A stretch of 64,000 bases of DNA from an uncultured Verrucomicrobiae bacterium (GTDB lineage: Bacteria; Verrucomicrobiota; Verrucomicrobiia; Limisphaerales; Palsa-1400), in assembly GCA_963702845.1 (NCBI GenBank), contig OY969763.1, positions 960,001 through 1,024,000 on the forward strand, written 5' to 3'. Both the position numbers and the translations under genes were made by a program. Positions 35,816 to 47,844 of the stretch are shown here, piece after piece. The notes below the pieces were generated by a model. It was not told where the DNA came from, did no database searches, and saw only the letters and a program-made list of their open reading frames with translations. The number at the start of each line of letters is the position of its first letter. Positions within the stretch are counted from its first letter, which is position 1.

Positions 35816-36808
35816 ATGCTAAAATACTGTCTTTCCGCGCTCCTCTTTTTGGCGGTTGCGGCTTCAGCGGCAACGGTGCAATTGCGGGACAAAGCCAGCG
35901 TTACCGGGACGATTCTCGCCGAAAAACACGATCAGGTTATCGTCGATCTCGGCTATACCGTCCTTTCAATTCCGCGCACTCAGGTCATGAAAATTTTGTC
36001 GGAAGATGTCGCGCCGGAGAAAAGTTCTTCAAAGACTTCGAAATCTTCCCCGAAAGCGCCCGTCACAACCGAGAAAGGGTTCAAAACAATTTTCACCACC
36101 TCGGCGACCCCGCCCAGAGAACGCAGCGTTCGTGAACTCGTCACCGTGCTTGGTGAATCCGTCGTGCAAGTGCGCACGCCCGGTGGACTTGGCTCCGGCT
36201 TTTTCATTAACGAAGACGGTTATCTCATTACGAACTTCCACGTGACCGAAGGCGAGACCCAGATTTCCATCGAAGTGTATCATACAAAAAATGGCGAACT
36301 GGAACGCAAGATTTACAAACAGATCCGTATCGTTGCGCTGAACAAATTCGCCGACCTTGCGTTGCTGAAAGTCGAAGACAAGGACGCAGGTAAATTTGTG
36401 CCGGTCGCATTGGGTGATTCGGAACAACTGGCGGTGGGCGAACGCGTATTCGCAATTGGCAGTCCGCTCGGCCTGGAACGCACTGTGACCGAGGGCATCA
36501 TCAGCACCAAGACGCGTCAGTTCCAAGGCGACCTTTATCTGCAAACGACCGCGCAGATCAACCCGGGTAACAGCGGTGGCCCGCTTTTCAATATGCGCGG
36601 CGAAGTCGTCGGCGTGACGAATATGAAAATCACGTTTGGCGAGGGATTGGGCTTTGCCATCCCCATCGAGGCCGTCAAATTTTTCCTCATTCACCGCGAC
36701 TCGTTTTCCTACGACAACGACAATCCGAGCAACGCCTACCGTTACCTCGAACCGCCGAGTCGCGCCCGTAAGGCCCTGACGGACCAGGCGAGCGGCACGC
36801 ACGACTGA
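35816..36808 (+). CDS. Secreted trypsin-like (S1C/HtrA-type) serine protease without PDZ
   Basis: GSGFF, TNFHV, DLALLK, AIGSPLG, INPGNSGGPL. Confidence 0.9.
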   Translation: MLKYCLSALLFLAVAASAATVQLRDKASVTGTILAEKHDQVIVDLGYTVLSIPRTQVMKILSEDVAPEKSSSKTSKSSPKAPVTTEKGFKTIFTTSATPPRERSVRELVTVLGESVVQVRTPGGLGSGFFINEDGYLITNFHVTEGETQISIEVYHTKNGELERKIYKQIRIVALNKFADLALLKVEDKDAGKFVPVALGDSEQLAVGERVFAIGSPLGLERTVTEGIISTKTRQFQGDLYLQTTAQINPGNSGGPLFNMRGEVVGVTNMKITFGEGLGFAIPIEAVKFFLIHRDSFSYDNDNPSNAYRYLEPPSRARKALTDQASGTHD

Positions 36809-37029
36809 TGCCACATCAGCTCCGATGCTGAGGCAGATAAGTCATCTGGCTTGACCTTAAAGTTCGACGTCGAAGCGGCTCGGAAGGCACGCTCCGAGGA
36901 CAATTCTGTTCGATTTCTGGACACAACTTCGGGTAAAAATACCACCTGAAAACTTTCTTAACCTTAATTGCGAAAGGTTTGTTCCTTCTTTCCTTTTTGG
37001 CGCGGCGTTTGCTAAATAAGCGCCCGAAC

Positions 37030-37779
37030 GTGAAGAATTTAAGAAAGTTTTTTCGCCTCATTTCGAGCAATGAACCGGCGATCCAACCAGAAACTATCGA
37101 AATTCACTCCCATCGCATGCCTATCGTCTTCCGGCGGCATGCGCGCGCGCGCAACTACGTGTTGCGTCTTCACTGGAACAAAACGGTAGTCGTCACGATG
37201 CCGAAAAGCGGGTCCAGAAAATTCGCTGAGCAATTTGTGAACAGCCGCAAAGCGTGGCTGGAGCGGCAGTGGAAAGTGCTCGAATCGCGCAACATCCCGC
37301 CGCACGTCCTTAAACCCGGCATGGAAGTTCTTTTCCGTGGTCGTCCCGTGACGCTCGACGTGGCCAAGCAGGGCGCAGAGTGGCAGGTCAGTTATGGCAC
37401 CCAAGGGTTTTCGATTCCCGCGCCGCCGCAGAATTTACGGCCGTTCATTGAAGCGCACATGTTCGAGTTGGCGCAGCAGGAACTGGTGCAGCGCGTCGAG
37501 ACTTTGGCGCGAGAACATGGCGCGCGTGTCGCTCGTGTGGTGGTGCGCAATCAGAAAAGCCGCTGGGGTTCTTGCTCGTATAACGGAACAATTTCTTTGA
37601 ACTGGCGGTTGATCCAGTTGCCCGCTCCGGTGCGCGATTACATTATCGTCCACGAACTGATGCACCTTCGTGAGTTGAACCATTCCCAACGTTTCTGGAA
37701 CCACGTTGAACGCGCCTGCCCGAATTATCAAGGTGCGGAAGATTGGCTTAAGCAGAACTCCGGCCTGGTCGGCTTCTAA
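37030..37779 (+). CDS. M48/DUF45 (YgjP-like) metal-dependent hydrolase
   Basis: QKSRWGSCS, LNWRL, YIIVHELMHLRELNHS. Confidence 0.9.
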   Translation: MKNLRKFFRLISSNEPAIQPETIEIHSHRMPIVFRRHARARNYVLRLHWNKTVVVTMPKSGSRKFAEQFVNSRKAWLERQWKVLESRNIPPHVLKPGMEVLFRGRPVTLDVAKQGAEWQVSYGTQGFSIPAPPQNLRPFIEAHMFELAQQELVQRVETLAREHGARVARVVVRNQKSRWGSCSYNGTISLNWRLIQLPAPVRDYIIVHELMHLRELNHSQRFWNHVERACPNYQGAEDWLKQNSGLVGF

Positions 37780-38769
37780 CTACAAAACAATCCGCGGTCC
37801 CTCATCGGTCCACTCGAGTTTCGCCAAGTGGAATTGCCGCGCTTTCATGTCGGCGTCCCACGCGTGGAAGGCGACATATTCGGTTTTGTTATCCGGCCCG
37901 ATAACAATTGAAATGTGCCCCGGGCCAATAAGTTCCGGACTCGTCCTCATGACACGCGGACCGTTCTCGCTTCCAGCGCCGTCATAAGGCCCGAGCACGT
38001 TATCCGCGACCCCATAATCAACTCCGTAGGTGTCATTCTCGTAGCAACCGCCACTGTAAAAACAATAGTAGCGTCCATCATGCTTGCGAACGCACGGCCC
38101 TTCCAACGTGTGCCAGTCGAACGTGCCACCATACATTGGCATGTATCGGTTGCCTTTGAATAGTTGCCAATCGCAACGCGAACGCATCACCACACGTTCT
38201 TCACCGGCCAGCTTTGTCATGTTGATTATCCGGTCAACCACCAGTCCGGTGCCGGCGCGAAAACTGTTGTCAGTGCCCAGAAAATCGCGCGCGTAAAACA
38301 GATACCACTGCCCGTTGTCGTCACGGAACGCGTGAGAGTCGATCGCGAACGGGCATTGTTCCGGATGCTCCATCAGATATCCGACGTCATCGTAAGGGCC
38401 GCCAGGATTTTTGCTGCGCGCAGCTCGCAGCCGATGTTTCAACGCAGCACCCTCAGTATTGACCGAATAATACAAATAGAAGAACTGCCCGTCGTAGGCC
38501 GTTTCTGGTGCCCAGAACTCGCCGCCTTTCAGCGAATCGGGAACGCGCAGTGCGCCACCAATTGATTTCCAGTCCCAAAAGTTTTGTGAGCGTAAAATGG
38601 GAAAGGCCAATTCCTGCCCATTAATTTTTGCGCTCGTCATGTCCTCAGCATCGGCGTGATCGCTTGGAATCACCGGCCCAGTGCCCACCGCGTAGTATTC
38701 TCGATTGAACTTCCAGGCAAATGGATCGGCGAAATAGTTCCCGTAAACAGCTTGGCGTAATGTGAGCAT
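37780..38769 (-). CDS. Glycoside hydrolase family 43
   Basis: FADPF, FWAPE, AIDSH, TLEGP, GPGH, FHAW. No signal peptide. Confidence 0.9.
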   Translation of the reverse strand: MLTLRQAVYGNYFADPFAWKFNREYYAVGTGPVIPSDHADAEDMTSAKINGQELAFPILRSQNFWDWKSIGGALRVPDSLKGGEFWAPETAYDGQFFYLYYSVNTEGAALKHRLRAARSKNPGGPYDDVGYLMEHPEQCPFAIDSHAFRDDNGQWYLFYARDFLGTDNSFRAGTGLVVDRIINMTKLAGEERVVMRSRCDWQLFKGNRYMPMYGGTFDWHTLEGPCVRKHDGRYYCFYSGGCYENDTYGVDYGVADNVLGPYDGAGSENGPRVMRTSPELIGPGHISIVIGPDNKTEYVAFHAWDADMKARQFHLAKLEWTDEGPRIVL

Positions 38770-38848
38770 CCCGTTTGTAATCTACTCAGGAAGCGCCGAT
38801 TGCCAAATGCGTTCGCTTGACGGCGTCGGGGCAGGGGACTACGGTTGC

Positions 38849-38949
38849 GACGTGCGGGGAGCCTTGCCTTTTGGCGCTGGCTGAGAGTCTTCTACAAGAA
38901 GAGACCCGTTGAACCTGATCCAGGTAATGCTGGCGAAGGGATGCACGTC
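38849..38949 (+). ncRNA. TPP riboswitch, probably translational
   Basis: P1 GACGTGC/GCACGTC, GGGGAGC..GCTGAGA, CCCGTTGAACCTGATCCAGGTAATGCTGGCGAAGGGA. Downstream CCCTTTCGCC can pair either with the aptamer or with the AAAGG Shine-Dalgarno of thiC. Confidence 0.96.
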
Positions 38950-38980
38950 CTCGTTCACCCTTTCGCCGCCAAAGGAAACT

Positions 38981-42153
<3,173 letters not shown>

Positions 42154-42236
42154 ACCAACCGGCAGTAATTCCCTTACATTCACAGTTTATTATACACCGC
42201 GCCCGCCTTCGCGCAAAATCACCGCGTGGCAACTCC

Positions 42237-43213
42237 TTAATGCATTGCAGGTTCTTCGTCAGCGCAGCAGCGTTGCACCTCGATGCTGACGTGCACGAGT
42301 TCCTCGTGTTCTGCGAGCATTCTTTGTAGGCCTCGACCGTTTTTGGCTCGTGTGCGACGACGGAAATAATGGCAGCGAATTTGTGCACGCCCAATTGCCA
42401 GATGTGGAGGTCGGCAATGCGGCTGTCGCCATCGCCTTCGATGGCTTTGTGAATTTCTTCATTGAGATCGCTGTCGTGCGGTTCTTTATCGAGCAAGAAT
42501 GATGTTTGTTTGACGAACAAGGCTGTAGGCCCATTGCGCAATGACGACCGCGCCGACAATACCCATAGTTGGATCAAGCCACATCCAGCCAAAAAATTTT
42601 CCACCGGTCAACGCAACGATGGCGAGCAGCGACGTGATTGCGTCGGCGATGACGTGCACGTAGGCGGCGCGTAAGTTGAGGTCGTGATGATGTCCATGCC
42701 CGTGACGTGATGACCATGGTCGTGGTCGTGACCGTGGTGATGTGACCAGGCCATGGCTGTGCGCATCGCTGAGCATCCAGGCGCTGACGACGTTGACGGC
42801 AAGACCGACACACGCGACGACGATGGCTTCATTAAAATGAATCTCGAGCGGGATGGAGCAGTCGATCGACCGATTCAATCACCATGAATATGCCAATGAT
42901 GACGAGCACAATCGCACTGGTGAATGCGCCAAGCACAGCGACTTTGCCGGTGCCGAAACTGAACTGCGGGATCGTTGGCATGACGGCGCGTGAAGAAATA
43001 CGCGCCTGCGGCAATCAAAAATGCAGCCACGTGCGTGCCCATGTGGCAGCCGTCAGCGAAGAGCGCCATCGAATGCAGTTTCAGGCCGCCGACGATCTCC
43101 GCGATCATCATGACGATCGTCAGCATCAGCACGCGACGAGTGCTTTTTTCAGCAAGTTCAAATTCACCAATGTAGTTGTGGTGATGCTTCCATTTGGAGA
43201 TGTCCGAATGCAT
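42237..43213 (-). pseudogene. dmeF: CDF-family Co/Ni efflux transporter (DmeF-like), multiple frameshifts
   Basis: SMALFADGCHMGTH, FSFGTGK, His-rich loop, DLNLRAAYVHVIADA, DLHIWQ, HVSIEV, spread over several frames. Confidence 0.82.
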
Positions 43214-43219
43214 GAGCGA

Positions 43220-43996
43220 TTATTTGAGAGCGAGGTGCAGAATGAATGTGAGCGCGGCGATCAATCCGATGCCTCCAAAGAAATTCATCAGAACCAGTCC
43301 TTTGTGATGTCTAACAATCTCGCCGAGAATGGCGTGTGCCGCCAGATAGATGAAACCGCCGCCAGCATTGGCCAACGCAAAGGCGACCCAGAAGCTCGAT
43401 GCGTTCACAAGAAAAATTGCTCCGATCACGCCTCCAAGGATGGTGGTGGATTCAACGGCGGTGACACGCACAAGTGCTACTCCCGGTTTCAAGCCCGCGC
43501 CGAGGAGCAACGAACCGAGCGCCAGGCCTTCGGGGATTTTATGAACACAAATCGCAAGCACGATCGAGATGCTGACAATGCGCGCCTGCTGGGCATCACC
43601 ATTGGATTGGTGTCCTGCTGCGATGGCCAGACCGTCCATCGCACAGTGGATCGCCAGCGCGACGGTCATGGCGAGCGCGATTTCGCTGAACCGATGCGTG
43701 GTTGCTTCGTCAAAGTGACTTGCCGCGCAAGCAGGGCAGACGTGGAATACGTATTTTGTGACGATGAAAAACAACGCGTAACCGGAAACCAGGGCGACAA
43801 TCAACATGCCCCAGTTCAACGCCTGAACTGTTTCCGGCAAAATGTCGAAGAGGGTGACTCCAAGCAGCGTGCCGGCCCCGAGGCTGATCAGCGCGCACAA
43901 CCGGCGATGCGACCGTCCCATAAGCGTGCCGATGAGGCCGCCCACGATGGACAGTGCAAATGCAATGAATGTTTCCGCGATTGTAATTGCCGACAT
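43220..43996 (-). CDS. ZIP family metal transporter
   Basis: 8 TM helices, HVCPACAASH loop, IHCAMDG, VHKIPEG, AGGGFIY. Confidence 0.88.
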   Translation of the reverse strand: MSAITIAETFIAFALSIVGGLIGTLMGRSHRRLCALISLGAGTLLGVTLFDILPETVQALNWGMLIVALVSGYALFFIVTKYVFHVCPACAASHFDEATTHRFSEIALAMTVALAIHCAMDGLAIAAGHQSNGDAQQARIVSISIVLAICVHKIPEGLALGSLLLGAGLKPGVALVRVTAVESTTILGGVIGAIFLVNASSFWVAFALANAGGGFIYLAAHAILGEIVRHHKGLVLMNFFGGIGLIAALTFILHLALK

Positions 43997-44885
43997 ATTT
44001 TAGTGCCGCCGGTTCGCCGTCGTTTCCTTGTGTCGCAGCGGGCATCGGTTCCGTTTCGTTTTTCGGGCCGCTGCGGCGCAGTCCTGCGATTATCATAGTG
44101 ACGAGCAAACACGCGCCCAGCACACAAACAATGGCGGCCCCTGTCGGCAAGTCGAACCTGTACGACGAATAAAGACCGACGACACTGCCCAGTGTAGCAA
44201 TGCTCCAGCCAATCGCCAGCAGGATGCCGAGGCGGCGGGCGAGGAAGTTGGCGCAGACCGCGGGAATGATCAAATACGAAAATACCAACAGAACGCCGCC
44301 GATTTGAACGAAGCTGGTCACGGCCCAACCGAAGATTGCGTAGAACAGGAAGTCCCACCAATGAATTGACATGCCACTGGCGGCCGCACGATCGGGTTCG
44401 AATGAAATGGCAAAGAATTTTTTGCGGAAAATAAAATGCACAATCGCCAGCGCGACGTAGAGACCGAAGGTGCGGAGGATCTGGTTCGGTGAAACAAGGA
44501 GAACATCGCCGATGAGTGAACGGCGCAGTTCTTCATTTCCCTCGGCGTTATTGCTGAGGAGCAGGATACCGGCGGCTGCCGCGACGACGTAGACAATTCC
44601 GATGAGCGCTTCCTGCGGCACACGATGGCTTTGCGTGCGCGTGAGTGTAAAAATCGCCGCGCCGACGAGAGTGAATCCAAGCGAGAGACAATAGTTCTGC
44701 CATGATAATGGCTCGAAGTGCTGGAGAATACCCAGCGCACTGCCGAGTGCGGCTACTTGCGCGAGCGCGAGATCGACGAAAATAATTTCGCGACGGACGA
44801 TGTGCAGGCCGAGATACACCAACAGCCCCGGCAGGAGCAGGCAGGCGATGATCGGCCACTTCATTACTTCGAGGGCTTCGTTCAT
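43710..44885 (-). CDS. Metal ABC transporter permease (ZnuB/MntB, ABC-3); true end probably near 44000
   Basis: YLGLHIVRREIIFVDLALAQ, PQEALIG, GVLLVFSYLIIPA, DLPTGAAIV. As written it overlaps the ZIP gene by about 290 nt, suggesting an indel near the end. Confidence 0.85.
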   Translation of the reverse strand: MNEALEVMKWPIIACLLLPGLLVYLGLHIVRREIIFVDLALAQVAALGSALGILQHFEPLSWQNYCLSLGFTLVGAAIFTLTRTQSHRVPQEALIGIVYVVAAAAGILLLSNNAEGNEELRRSLIGDVLLVSPNQILRTFGLYVALAIVHFIFRKKFFAISFEPDRAAASGMSIHWWDFLFYAIFGWAVTSFVQIGGVLLVFSYLIIPAVCANFLARRLGILLAIGWSIATLGSVVGLYSSYRFDLPTGAAIVCVLGACLLVTMIIAGLRRSGPKNETEPMPAATQGNDGEPAALKYVGNYNRGNIHCICTVHRGRPHRHAYGTVASPVVRADQPRGRHAAWSHPLRHFAGNSSGVELGHVDCRPGFRLRVVFHRHKIRIPRLPCLRGKSL

Positions 44886-44919
44886 TTGAAAGTTTTCTAG
44901 TTTCAGTTTTCAGAGCCGA

Positions 44920-45816
44920 CTACTTCGTTGCGGCGAACGCTTTGGCGAGGGAGTTAACCAAGCCATCGATCCAAGTGGTGTAGCTTTCGTCGTTGGTGGG
45001 GAAAGTTGGGAAATCGACTACTGTTGCGTCGGTGTGATGGGCAACGGTTTCTGCCGTCTTCCGGTTTTGATATGGCTGTACCACGATGACCTTGACGCTA
45101 TCCTCTTTCATCCGGGTAATGACTTCGGCGAGGTGCGCGGGCGTGGGCGGGATGCCGGGTTTGGGTTCGAGGAACAGGTCCATTTTCAATCCGAACCGTT
45201 GCGCGAAGTAAGGCCACATATTGTGGTAGCTCACGACTTCTTTGCCTTTATAAGGAGCAAGAGTTTTCTCCCACCCGACGAGTTTTGCATCCAGCTCAGC
45301 ATTGAATTTCTTCAGGTTTGCGCGGAACTCATTGCATGACTTGGGATCCAGTTGGCAGAACGAATTGGCGATGTGCTCGGCGACGATTTTTCCATTAGCC
45401 GGATCGCTCATGTAATGGGGATTGCCGGAGGCGTGAACGTCGCCGCGCGAGCGGTCAAGTGTCGTTGGCACTTCGAGCAGGCTGATGCCTTCCGCGCCCA
45501 TGATGTGGCCCGGTTTGCCAGTTTCGAGTTTCGAATTGCGCGAACCTTCGACAAGAGGAGGCAGCCAGCCGAGTTCCAGTTCCGCGCCGCCTTCGATGAC
45601 TACGTCGGCACGATTTAATTTCACGATCAGACTCGGTTTGGCGTCCACGAAATGCGGATCTTCCGTAGGCTTTGCGAGAACGGTGACAGTCACAGCGTCT
45701 CCGCCGATGGCTCGTGCGATTGCGCCAAAATCGCCGGTGGCGGCAACGACGTTCAATTTCGCCTGTGAAGCGAAGGCCAGGCTGGCCAGACAGATTGTGG
45801 TAAAAAGTTTTTTCAT
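44920..45816 (-). CDS. Metal ABC substrate-binding protein (ZnuA/TroA family)
   Basis: EDPHFVDAKP, GDVHASGNPHY, YHNMWPYF, EPKPGIPPT. Confidence 0.92.
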   Translation of the reverse strand: MKKLFTTICLASLAFASQAKLNVVAATGDFGAIARAIGGDAVTVTVLAKPTEDPHFVDAKPSLIVKLNRADVVIEGGAELELGWLPPLVEGSRNSKLETGKPGHIMGAEGISLLEVPTTLDRSRGDVHASGNPHYMSDPANGKIVAEHIANSFCQLDPKSCNEFRANLKKFNAELDAKLVGWEKTLAPYKGKEVVSYHNMWPYFAQRFGLKMDLFLEPKPGIPPTPAHLAEVITRMKEDSVKVIVVQPYQNRKTAETVAHHTDATVVDFPTFPTNDESYTTWIDGLVNSLAKAFAATK

Positions 45817-45834
45817 ATTCGTTTGTTCTCCTTG

Positions 45835-47373
45835 TTAAAATTTATGCGCGCCGTGTGCCCCTAATAAGAATTCGACCTGCATCCAGACGGAATTCTGAGC
45901 TCCAATAAATTCGCCGTGATCGTAGTTGTATTGCAGCCGAATTTTTGAGAACTCGCTTGGATACCAGGTTACGACAGGTGAAACACGGTAACGTTCACCA
46001 CGGAACGGATCCAATGGATCATATGCGCTGCTGTTGCCGGTGGCGTATTCGCCGCGGCCGCCGACGACCCAATGCGGCTTCACGCCCCACAATACTTGCG
46101 AGTAGAAACCGTAATCGCGCAAATTCTGGGCGGCCAATGGGCCAACGGGCGTGACTGGGTTCGCGTTTGCGCCGAAGCGTTGGTAGAGACCTTCGGTTTG
46201 CCACGAGACAAAGGGGAAACCTTCCTGGGCGTTCGGTGATTTCCATTTCCAAAAGAGATCAACGCCATAAATTTCCGTGCTGGTGTGCTCACCAGTTTCA
46301 TTGGGGCCAAACGCGGCAGAGGCGCCGGCCACGATCACTTGCTCATCGGACAAATCAAAAGACGACGCCAAACGCGGCACGTAAACGAGGTCTTGCGGAC
46401 CCTCCAGGATGCGGTCGAAGGTTGCGCGTCCGTGAATGGTATTTATGCCCATTGAATTCGTGTCTCCAGGATTGCGGAAACTAAATGCAGTGCCGCCCTG
46501 ACCATCCAACACGTCGATGAACGCTTCGGTGTAAAACTTCGTCGGAAGCAAATACGAAAGTTGCGCGCCGATGCTGCGCAAGCCCTCGGGGCCGAACGCG
46601 CGCGTCAATATGATTGGTGCATCGACGAACGCCCAAGTGTGCGGGTGCATCGGGTTTTGTCGTCCAAATGCGGCGAAGAACTGACCCGCTTTGAGTTGCA
46701 GATTTGCCGGTAAGCTCGTGGTTTGCAGGAACGCTTCTTCCAACTCGAGCTCGGTCTCGTTGTTTTTATCCAGCTTGAAAACGATATTGCCGAAGCCTTT
46801 GAAATAAGGATCCACCGCGCCGTCCACCGCAATTTCGGCGTTGCGCAGTGAAAAGCCGCGTTTTATCGGGTCGTGGTCGCCCAGTTCCAACTGGGTGGAA
46901 GGATTAGGCGCACTAGAAAACCCGGCATCCATCAGCACGTCGAAACTGATGTTCATATAAGCCTGGCCGGCGCGCATAGTGGGGATGGGTTGGGAAGGCG
47001 TCCAACTGCTCTTTTCCATCGCGGCCGGGGCAGGGGCGTTGGTTTGCGGTCCCAATTCCGCAGCGAGCTCCTGCTCAAGTTTCTTTTTCTCTTCTGCTTT
47101 TTCTGGAGGAGTCTCCGCCGGTTTCGCGGCCGGAGTCTCTTTGGCCGTTGCTGCTACTGGCGCATTTGTTGCGGGTGATTGGTGTGCCAATTCGTCCAAT
47201 TTTTTGGTTAGCGCATCGATTTGCTGGCGCTGTTCGCGTTGAACGCGTTCGAAGTTCTCCTGCATTTGGCGCATCTGCGCCTTTAACTGCTCAATATCAT
47301 TCTGTTCTGCGTGGACCCGACAAATCGAAATACTCAATACAATCGCAAGGCCTAATAATTTATAATTCTTCAT
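45835..47373 (-). CDS. Outer-membrane beta-barrel (porin-like) protein of a metal-uptake operon
   Basis: Signal peptide, coiled coil, GAVDPYF, EEAF, FGRQNPMHPHTW, SEFSKIRLQY, C-terminal GAHGAHKF. Confidence 0.85.
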   Translation of the reverse strand: MKNYKLLGLAIVLSISICRVHAEQNDIEQLKAQMRQMQENFERVQREQRQQIDALTKKLDELAHQSPATNAPVAATAKETPAAKPAETPPEKAEEKKKLEQELAAELGPQTNAPAPAAMEKSSWTPSQPIPTMRAGQAYMNISFDVLMDAGFSSAPNPSTQLELGDHDPIKRGFSLRNAEIAVDGAVDPYFKGFGNIVFKLDKNNETELELEEAFLQTTSLPANLQLKAGQFFAAFGRQNPMHPHTWAFVDAPIILTRAFGPEGLRSIGAQLSYLLPTKFYTEAFIDVLDGQGGTAFSFRNPGDTNSMGINTIHGRATFDRILEGPQDLVYVPRLASSFDLSDEQVIVAGASAAFGPNETGEHTSTEIYGVDLFWKWKSPNAQEGFPFVSWQTEGLYQRFGANANPVTPVGPLAAQNLRDYGFYSQVLWGVKPHWVVGGRGEYATGNSSAYDPLDPFRGERYRVSPVVTWYPSEFSKIRLQYNYDHGEFIGAQNSVWMQVEFLLGAHGAHKF

Positions 47374-47418
47374 AGTCTAGGGGACAAAGTTTCGCGCAAT
47401 GGGATGCGCATATGAAAT

Positions 47419-47439
47419 CGGCACACGACAGGTGTGCCG
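47419..47439 (-). promoter_or_regulatory. Stem-loop between the leader ORF and the porin gene
   Basis: CGGCACAC-CTGTC-GTGTGCCG: 8-bp stem starting 9 nt after the leader stop, no U tract. Confidence 0.55.
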
Positions 47440-47447
47440 CCAAAGGA

Positions 47448-47773
47448 CTACAGAAGAACGACGGGAGGGCCGCGGCTCGACGCCAGTGAATAATCAGCCT
47501 GGGAAACAGCAATGTGGTTGAATCGAGATGAGGATAGAAGGAAATCGTTTCGGCACATGCAGTCAACAATGGCGCGGGAGCATCGCCGCAGACCTGCTGT
47601 TTTTGCATGAGGGTGACAACGCATTCGTGCGACGCCTGATTTGCATCCTGATGGAGCAGTTGATGGAGCGACGGGCTGACGGCCATCAGCGCGGAAAACA
47701 AAACGACTGCGGAAAGCAGTGCCGACATAAACGCAGCGGCTAGGCCGTCGCGTGATGTCAGTTTTTGTTTCAT
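47448..47773 (-). CDS. DUF2946-like His-rich leader protein ending in RGPP (one-base indel as written)
   Basis: TM helix, then SPSLHQLLHQDA..SHEC. The -1 frame reads DYSLASSRGPPVVLL* with TAG at 47448-47450. Confidence 0.7.
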
Positions 47774-47844
47774 AGCTAGGTATTAAATGTCTACAGTGAA
47801 AAAGGCAAGATTGTTTTGTCGGTGAGCCATTTGTGTTGCGCTAA

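Noticed and set aside
36806..36949. TGA read-through or selenocysteine extension of the protease
   Set aside because: The frame stays open about 46 codons but lies outside the catalytic domain, with no SECIS-like hairpin or motif.
42884..44098. 404-aa + strand ORF and similar long shadow ORFs (e.g. 47897-48865, 34514-35383, 55042-55830)
   Set aside because: Antisense or off-frame to well-supported genes, expected with GC-rich codon bias, and no motifs.
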